Shown piece after piece: positions 58,820-64,000 of a stretch of DNA of 64,000 bases. Location: the NCBI GenBank assembly GCA_022565155.1, contig JADFKB010000002.1:5955-69954 (forward strand), read 5' to 3'. This stretch comes from Chloroflexota bacterium. GTDB taxonomy: Bacteria > Chloroflexota > Dehalococcoidia > DSTF01 > RBG-16-68-14. Both the position numbers and the translations under genes were made by a program. The notes beneath the pieces are model-generated. The model saw nothing but the letters and a program-made list of their open reading frames with translations, did no database searches and was not told the origin of the DNA. Every line of letters begins with the position of its first letter. Within the stretch, counting starts at the first letter, position 1.

Positions 58820-59766
58820 TGCCTGGATTCACTAGTTACGAGCCAGCGCCACTGTGCCGCCACTCCGTCCGCCAGGCTGGTCTTGGGCGAAAAGCCGAGA
58901 TGTTGTTGCGCGAGGGAGTTGTCGCCCAGCGTATGAAGGGTGTCGCCTTTCGCTGCCGGCTCGTACTGAACCGCCAGCGGCTTGCCGGTGGTCTCGCCCA
59001 CCAGCTCGATCAGATCGTTGACGCTGATGCGCGAGCCGCCGCAGACGTTGAAGATACGCTCGTCCGCCGGCGCTTCGAGCGCGCGCACGTTCGCTTCAAC
59101 GACGTCGTCGACGAACGTAAAGTCGCGCGTCTGGGTCCCATCACCGAAGACGGTCACCTGTTCGCCATTCATGGAGGCGAAGAGGAAGCGCTGGATCGCC
59201 ATCTCGGGCCGTTGCCGTGGGCCGTACGCCGTGAAGTAGCGCAGCGAGACGGTCGGTACGCGGTAGACTCGGTGATAGAGCGAGCAGAGGTGCTCGGCTG
59301 CCAGCTTGGTGACGCCGTAGGGGGAGACGGGCTGCGGCAGCGTCTCCTCAGTTACAGGCAGGCGTTTGGCGTTGCCATAGATCGACGACGATGAGGCAAA
59401 CACGAACGTCCGGAGTTCCGCCCGCTTCGCCGCCTCCAGTAGCCGTTGCGTGGCTGCGATGTTGTTGCGCAAGTAGACCGCGAACTGGGAGCCCCAGCTT
59501 GGCCGTACGCCGGCCTGGCCTGCGAGGTGGAAGACGTGGTCGGCGCTGACGAGCAAGGCATCGAGATCGATATCGAGCAGGTCGCCATCGATGAGCTGGA
59601 AGCGTTCGTGTCCCTTCGCGTCCGAAAGGTTCCGCTCTTTCAGATGGCGCGCGTAGGAGTCAGTGAAGCTATCGATACCGACGACCTCGTGCCCCATAGC
59701 GAGCAGCCGGTCGGCGAGGTGCGAGCCGACGAAGCCTGCGGCGCCGGTGACGATGCTCTTCGTCAC
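58816..59766 (-). CDS. NAD-dependent nucleotide-sugar epimerase/dehydratase (UDP-glucuronate decarboxylase/4-epimerase-like SDR)
   Basis: TGAAGFVGSH Rossmann motif and YGVTK catalytic YxxxK. Confidence 0.85.
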   Translation of the reverse strand: MTKSIVTGAAGFVGSHLADRLLAMGHEVVGIDSFTDSYARHLKERNLSDAKGHERFQLIDGDLLDIDLDALLVSADHVFHLAGQAGVRPSWGSQFAVYLRNNIAATQRLLEAAKRAELRTFVFASSSSIYGNAKRLPVTEETLPQPVSPYGVTKLAAEHLCSLYHRVYRVPTVSLRYFTAYGPRQRPEMAIQRFLFASMNGEQVTVFGDGTQTRDFTFVDDVVEANVRALEAPADERIFNVCGGSRISVNDLIELVGETTGKPLAVQYEPAAKGDTLHTLGDNSLAQQHLGFSPKTSLADGVAAQWRWLVTSESRH

Positions 59767-59803
59767 GAGCCACCCTCCCGGGCGCTGCCTGTCACCAGCC
59801 TGC

Positions 59804-60595
59804 TCACGGCAGCGTGCCCAGGATGCAGTAGCGGTTCACGCCGTCCTGCAGGTCGTCGGGACATCCGCCCGGCTCTTCCGTCACCACCTCCCGCAGCGCG
59901 ATCACGACGTAGCTTGTACCGTCTGACCGGTACCAGTAGCCGTTGCGGATCGGCGTTCCGAACGGATCGACCGGCGTCGCTGCGAGGTCGCAGCCGACAT
60001 CGAGCGTTGTGTAGGCGCACAACGTCTGCACCTGGCCGCGGGTGTTCGGGTACTCGCCGTTCTGGTGAGCGTAGACGTCCAGTGCTGTCCGCACTGTCTC
60101 GAGGTCCTCGCGGCGAATCTGGTCTCGTTCGGCGGGCGTTCGCGAGTCGGTAGGCGGCACGGGATCCGCCGCCGCCACTATCCGCTCTTCGACGTCGCGG
60201 ACGATCTCCTCTTTCGACGCGCGCCGAATGGTATTAGAACCGTAATTGGCGACGTAAAGCTTCCGATCTTCGTAGATGTCCAAGATCTCGAAGTCGTCTT
60301 CATTGCCTTGGAGCTCGGCCCAGACGACATTGCCGTCGAGGCTGGGACTGTTCAGCCAGAACACGCTGCCGTAGCACCACCAGTGCGGACAGTTCTCGAC
60401 AAGGATCAGCGCGTTATCGAGATCTATCTCGTCCGCACGATCTGGCAGCCGCCGGTCGGTGAAGTTGAAGCCTTCGAGCTGAGATGCGTTCGACGGGGTA
60501 AAAGTGGTGACGCCGCTGCCGGACCACGTCTCGCGCTGGCCGAAGAGCCAGCCGTAGACGCTGAACGCGATCAGGATGGCGGCCAGCCCGTACAC
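59804..60595 (-). CDS. membrane-anchored protein with C-terminal pseudopilin (GspG/type IV pilin)-like domain
   Basis: GTG start directly into a TM helix (YGLAAILIAFSVYGWLFG). The C-terminal LETVRTALDVYAHQNGEYPNT...PVDPFGTPIRNGYWYRSDGTSYVVIA matches the pseudopilin core pattern. Confidence 0.5.
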   Translation of the reverse strand: MYGLAAILIAFSVYGWLFGQRETWSGSGVTTFTPSNASQLEGFNFTDRRLPDRADEIDLDNALILVENCPHWWCYGSVFWLNSPSLDGNVVWAELQGNEDDFEILDIYEDRKLYVANYGSNTIRRASKEEIVRDVEERIVAAADPVPPTDSRTPAERDQIRREDLETVRTALDVYAHQNGEYPNTRGQVQTLCAYTTLDVGCDLAATPVDPFGTPIRNGYWYRSDGTSYVVIALREVVTEEPGGCPDDLQDGVNRYCILGTLP

Positions 60596-62597
60596 CGCGA
60601 AGCTGACGGTGGCGGACGGCGTCGGCGTCGAATCGTTGCGGAAGCGGCGGGCCAGCCAGTCGCCCAGTGGTGGCGGCGTCTCGGATCGACTCGAACCCGC
60701 GGGCGGTGAGGAGGATCAGGAACGGCAGCGACTCGTACCAGAAGCGCGGCCCGTGCATGATCGCCGACGAACGGTAGAAGATAGGCGCGCTGACGATGGC
60801 GAGGAATGAGGCGCCCAGGAAGTAGTCCCACTTGTTCTTCGTTCCTAACAAAAATGGGAGCGCAGCCACGATCAAGCCGATCGCCACGGGCCAGCCGTTA
60901 GCCACGAGAAGCAGCAGCGAGAGCAACTCCTGCTGGTTCTGAATGCCGGCTGTGACGGAGTGGGTGCCGCTGAACCCAACGAAGTCCTCATTAAACGTGC
61001 CTTGTATCTCGTAGGCCGTGGTGTTGAAGTCGCCGGTTGTCATCTGGTTATAGAGGAAGTATGAGCCCAGCAGCAGCAGCGCGCCGGCGGAGAAGGCGAG
61101 GTCTTCGCGTAGGAGGGCCAGACGGTTGGGTCCTGCGCGAAGCAGTTCGTATGCCATGAAGACGCCGAGCACGGGCATGAACGCCACCGCCGTAAACGGC
61201 CGGATGTTGAACAGCAGCCCGATGAAGACGCCGGCGACGAACATTGCGATGATTCGTCGCTTCGTCTGCAAGGTCAACAGAAAGAGGGCTGCGAGGATAG
61301 TGAAGACTGCCGTATTATGTGACATAAAGTTACTGGCGGTCATCAGGAAGAACGGCGAGGAGAGAAGCAGCACGGCTGCAAGCAGGCCCGTAGAGGCGTT
61401 GTAGAGGCGCTTGCCGATGGCGTAAATGAGGGCGACACAGGCCGCCCCCAGGACGGGCGGCACGAGCCAGATTGCGCCAAAGAGCTGTCCGACAGCGAGG
61501 AACAGCGGATGGCCAAAGGGGTAGTGGCTGAACCAACGGCCGTCCACAACTTGGAACATATGCGGATTGAAGATGGAGAAGCTCTCGCGCAAGGGGGGCG
61601 CATCTGCAGTGAGCCGGAACGAGGCGAAGATCTTCGCCTGGAACGTATAGCCGACCGAGTCCGGCACATGCGGAACCGCCTCGCCGACGACGTAGAGCAG
61701 ATACCAGAGCAGTACGAGCGATCCGGCCGCGAGGCCGAAAGCGATGGCCGGCGCGGCCTCCGTGACCAGTCCGGCGGCAGCCCGCAGCCGTCGCTCGAGC
61801 CAGGCGAGCCGGAGCACGAAGGCCAGGCTGATCGCGCCGGCGATCGCGAACAGCGCGTAGGGATACGGCCGCAGCATCATGGCGGTGATCGATTGGATCG
61901 TCTGGCCACGGTCGAGGTTGAGGCGGGCCTGCTCGACGCGTTCTCCGGGCACCGACGATCCGTCTTCAATGCGCGCAAGGACGGCGCCGCCGAGCCCTCG
62001 AAACGGCCGGATGGTGAGGAGGACAGCGTTGTTCAGGTCTTGTAATCGGACGTAGATCGTCGCCTCGGTCGCGTTCCGTATCTTGGCTTCCAGGACGATG
62101 TTCCCCCAGTCCTGCGGGCCTGTCGAGATCGAACCCGTGCCCTCCGTACCAAAGGTGCCGTCATCTACCGACCACGCGCCCCCAGCATCTTGCCAGAGTG
62201 CTGACGGCGAGCCGTTGAAGTCGTCCTCGAAGAGTACGGTGTCCGTGCCGAACTCGGTCACCCGGACGGAGTCGAACCCGAACGGCTTCGGCAACCCAGG
62301 CAGCCGATAGTCGTTTGAGAGCCGCAAGCCGATGCCGCCTTGCGTGGGGCCCTGGAACGTTCCTTCGGCGACCAGCTCGCCGTCAACGAACGCGCGGTAC
62401 TGGGAGCCGTTCGCTTCGATTCGGATGTCTGTCGTCGCGCCGCCACGGCTCCAGAAGTAGAGCGCGATCAGCGCGAGATTGACGACGATGATCAGCCAGA
62501 CAGTAGTGGAGCGCCACGAGCGCGCGGGCAGCAGGCTGGCGATGTTCGAGAATAACGATAGGCGGCTGGCAGCGGTCGCAGGCTCCGGAATTTGCAT
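60414..62597 (-). CDS. GT-C fold glycosyltransferase (PMT/ArnT-like, GT39/GT83-type) with N-terminal extracytoplasmic beta-rich domain; 3' end uncertain
   Basis: One N-terminal TM, about 200 aa extracellular domain, then about 13 TM helices with a PMT_2-like layout. The last about 90 codons are Arg-rich, overlap the next gene by 180 bp and are probably a non-coding read-through. Confidence 0.65.
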   Translation of the reverse strand: MQIPEPATAASRLSLFSNIASLLPARSWRSTTVWLIIVVNLALIALYFWSRGGATTDIRIEANGSQYRAFVDGELVAEGTFQGPTQGGIGLRLSNDYRLPGLPKPFGFDSVRVTEFGTDTVLFEDDFNGSPSALWQDAGGAWSVDDGTFGTEGTGSISTGPQDWGNIVLEAKIRNATEATIYVRLQDLNNAVLLTIRPFRGLGGAVLARIEDGSSVPGERVEQARLNLDRGQTIQSITAMMLRPYPYALFAIAGAISLAFVLRLAWLERRLRAAAGLVTEAAPAIAFGLAAGSLVLLWYLLYVVGEAVPHVPDSVGYTFQAKIFASFRLTADAPPLRESFSIFNPHMFQVVDGRWFSHYPFGHPLFLAVGQLFGAIWLVPPVLGAACVALIYAIGKRLYNASTGLLAAVLLLSSPFFLMTASNFMSHNTAVFTILAALFLLTLQTKRRIIAMFVAGVFIGLLFNIRPFTAVAFMPVLGVFMAYELLRAGPNRLALLREDLAFSAGALLLLGSYFLYNQMTTGDFNTTAYEIQGTFNEDFVGFSGTHSVTAGIQNQQELLSLLLLVANGWPVAIGLIVAALPFLLGTKNKWDYFLGASFLAIVSAPIFYRSSAIMHGPRFWYESLPFLILLTARGFESIRDAATTGRLAGPPLPQRFDADAVRHRQLRGVRAGRHPDRVQRLRLALRPARDVVRQRRHHFYPVERISARRLQLHRPAAARSCGRDRSR

Positions 62598-62608
62598 ACG
62601 GGAGGTAC

Positions 62609-63922
62609 TCAGTCGCCCCTGCGGGCGCGGCCAACGCCGATGTACGAAAAGCCCGCCTTCACTACCTGCGCGGGGTCGAAGAGGTTGCGCCCGTCGATGA
62701 AGAGCCGTGACTCCATGCCGCGGCCGAGCCGATTCAGGTCCAGCTCCAGGAACTGGCTGTGGTCCGTGGCGATGACGATGGCGTGGCAGCCTTCGGCCGC
62801 GCTGTAGGCGTCCGTGTGGAGTTCTGCCTTGCCATCGATAGAGGCCGCTGCAGTGCTATCGGCTAACGGATCGAACGCATGGACGCGCGCACCCGCGTTC
62901 GCAAGTAGACGGATGATCGCCAGCGCGGGAGAGCTGCGCGGGTCGAACGTGCCGCCCTTAAAGCTGATGCCGAGAACGGCCACGGATCGGCCGGCGAGAT
63001 CCGGCAGCACCTCCTGTAATCGTTCGATGACCCAGCGCGGTTGCAGTTCATTCACTTCGGCGATGGCGCGCAGGAGGTGCGGTGTGTAGCCGCCGTTTTG
63101 CGCCGTATTGATGAGAGCAGTCAGGTCCTTAGGGAGGCAACTGCCGCCGAAACCAACGCCCGGCTGGAGATAGGCCTCTCTACCGATGCGCCTATCGAAC
63201 GCGAGCGTTTCCGTGATCTGCGACATATCGGCGCCTGTCCGTTCGCAGATGTTCGCGATCTCGTTGATGAAGCTCACGCTCGCGGCCAAGTACGCGTTGG
63301 CGGCGTACTTCGCTAACTCCGCTGTCGCTAGGTCGGTCAGGACGATCGGGCAGTCGATCTTCGCGTACAACGCCGCGACAGCCTGCGCCGCCTGTTCCGT
63401 GCCGGCGCCGATGACGATGCGGTCCGGTCGCATGAAATCGTCAACGGCGTGGCCTTCGCGCAGGAACTCCGGATTGGACACGATCTCGAACGCGGCGTCG
63501 AGGCGTTTCGCTTGGAGACGCCGAAGAACTTCCGCGTTGGTACCGACTGGCACGGTGCTGCGGATGATGACGATAGCATTGGCGTCCAACTGGGGCGTCA
63601 ACGCATCGGCTGCGGCATAGAGCGCTGAGAGGTCGGACGTGCCGTCGGCGGCAGCTGGAGTAGGCAAGCAGAGCAAAACAGCTTCTGCGTCCGGGACGGC
63701 CAGCGAAACGTCTGTCGTAAACGAAAGGCGGCCAGCCTCCAGGTTGCGCGAAATGACGGCGTCAAGCTGCGGTTCAACGAACGGAGCCGCTCCGCTTTGA
63801 AGCTGGGCTACGCGCTCTTCATCGACGTCGACCGCGCAGACCGTGTGACCGAGGTCTGCCAGGCAGGCCGCCGTGACCGCGCCCGAGCGCCCCGCGCCGA
63901 TTACGGCGAGCGTTGCGCTCAC
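62609..63922 (-). CDS. ugd: UDP-glucose 6-dehydrogenase
   Basis: VIGAGRSG Rossmann motif and catalytic GFGGSCLPKD. Confidence 0.9.
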   Translation of the reverse strand: MSATLAVIGAGRSGAVTAACLADLGHTVCAVDVDEERVAQLQSGAAPFVEPQLDAVISRNLEAGRLSFTTDVSLAVPDAEAVLLCLPTPAAADGTSDLSALYAAADALTPQLDANAIVIIRSTVPVGTNAEVLRRLQAKRLDAAFEIVSNPEFLREGHAVDDFMRPDRIVIGAGTEQAAQAVAALYAKIDCPIVLTDLATAELAKYAANAYLAASVSFINEIANICERTGADMSQITETLAFDRRIGREAYLQPGVGFGGSCLPKDLTALINTAQNGGYTPHLLRAIAEVNELQPRWVIERLQEVLPDLAGRSVAVLGISFKGGTFDPRSSPALAIIRLLANAGARVHAFDPLADSTAAASIDGKAELHTDAYSAAEGCHAIVIATDHSQFLELDLNRLGRGMESRLFIDGRNLFDPAQVVKAGFSYIGVGRARRGD

Positions 63923-64000
63923 GCTGTCACTCCATAGCCGCTCGATAGTGCTGTCTGATTCATAACACGCTGGAAGCTGAGTATGATTGCTCGATCCATG

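Noticed and set aside
60414-60690. Arg-rich C-terminal 90 codons of the 727 aa GT-C ORF
   Set aside because: Composition looks like high-GC non-coding read-through, and it overlaps the downstream gene. Kept only as an uncertain 3' end.

Overview
This window is high-GC (about 66-68%) bacterial chromosomal DNA with dense coding on both strands. The core is housekeeping. A T-box-controlled trpS is followed directly by a tryptophan operon (trpE, trpG, trpD, trpC, trpF, trpB, then trpA). Also present are aroH and a DAHP synthase, scpA, a GGDEF cyclase, ribF, tyrS, an EF-G paralog, a malic enzyme, ferredoxins, rsmG, argG, argD, a YitJ-like MetH/MTHFR fusion, and Fe-S assembly genes. Accessory genes are inserted into this backbone at several points. 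The trp operon carries non-trp insertions at three positions: a NUDIX-methyltransferase fusion, a lower-GC nuclease-like gene, and a block with a GNAT, a hydrolase, a CPBP protease and a convergent radical-SAM/GT2/DUF2064 cassette. A second lower-GC islet sits inside the Fe-S locus and is bounded by about 132 bp direct repeats. The right end of the window holds an Arn-like lipid-linked glycosylation cluster. It encodes a UDP-glucose 6-dehydrogenase, a GT-C, a GT2, a GT4, an epimerase, a flippase-like membrane protein and a pseudopilin-like anchored protein. Other oddities include a dockerin-tailed solute-binding protein, a Rieske domain fused to a large unknown domain, a LuxR-TM-TolB-propeller regulator, a GYD-PlsC fusion behind a duplicated promoter, and several families of intergenic hairpin repeats. 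No rRNA, tRNA or CRISPR array was found. All protein-family calls are by eye from motifs.
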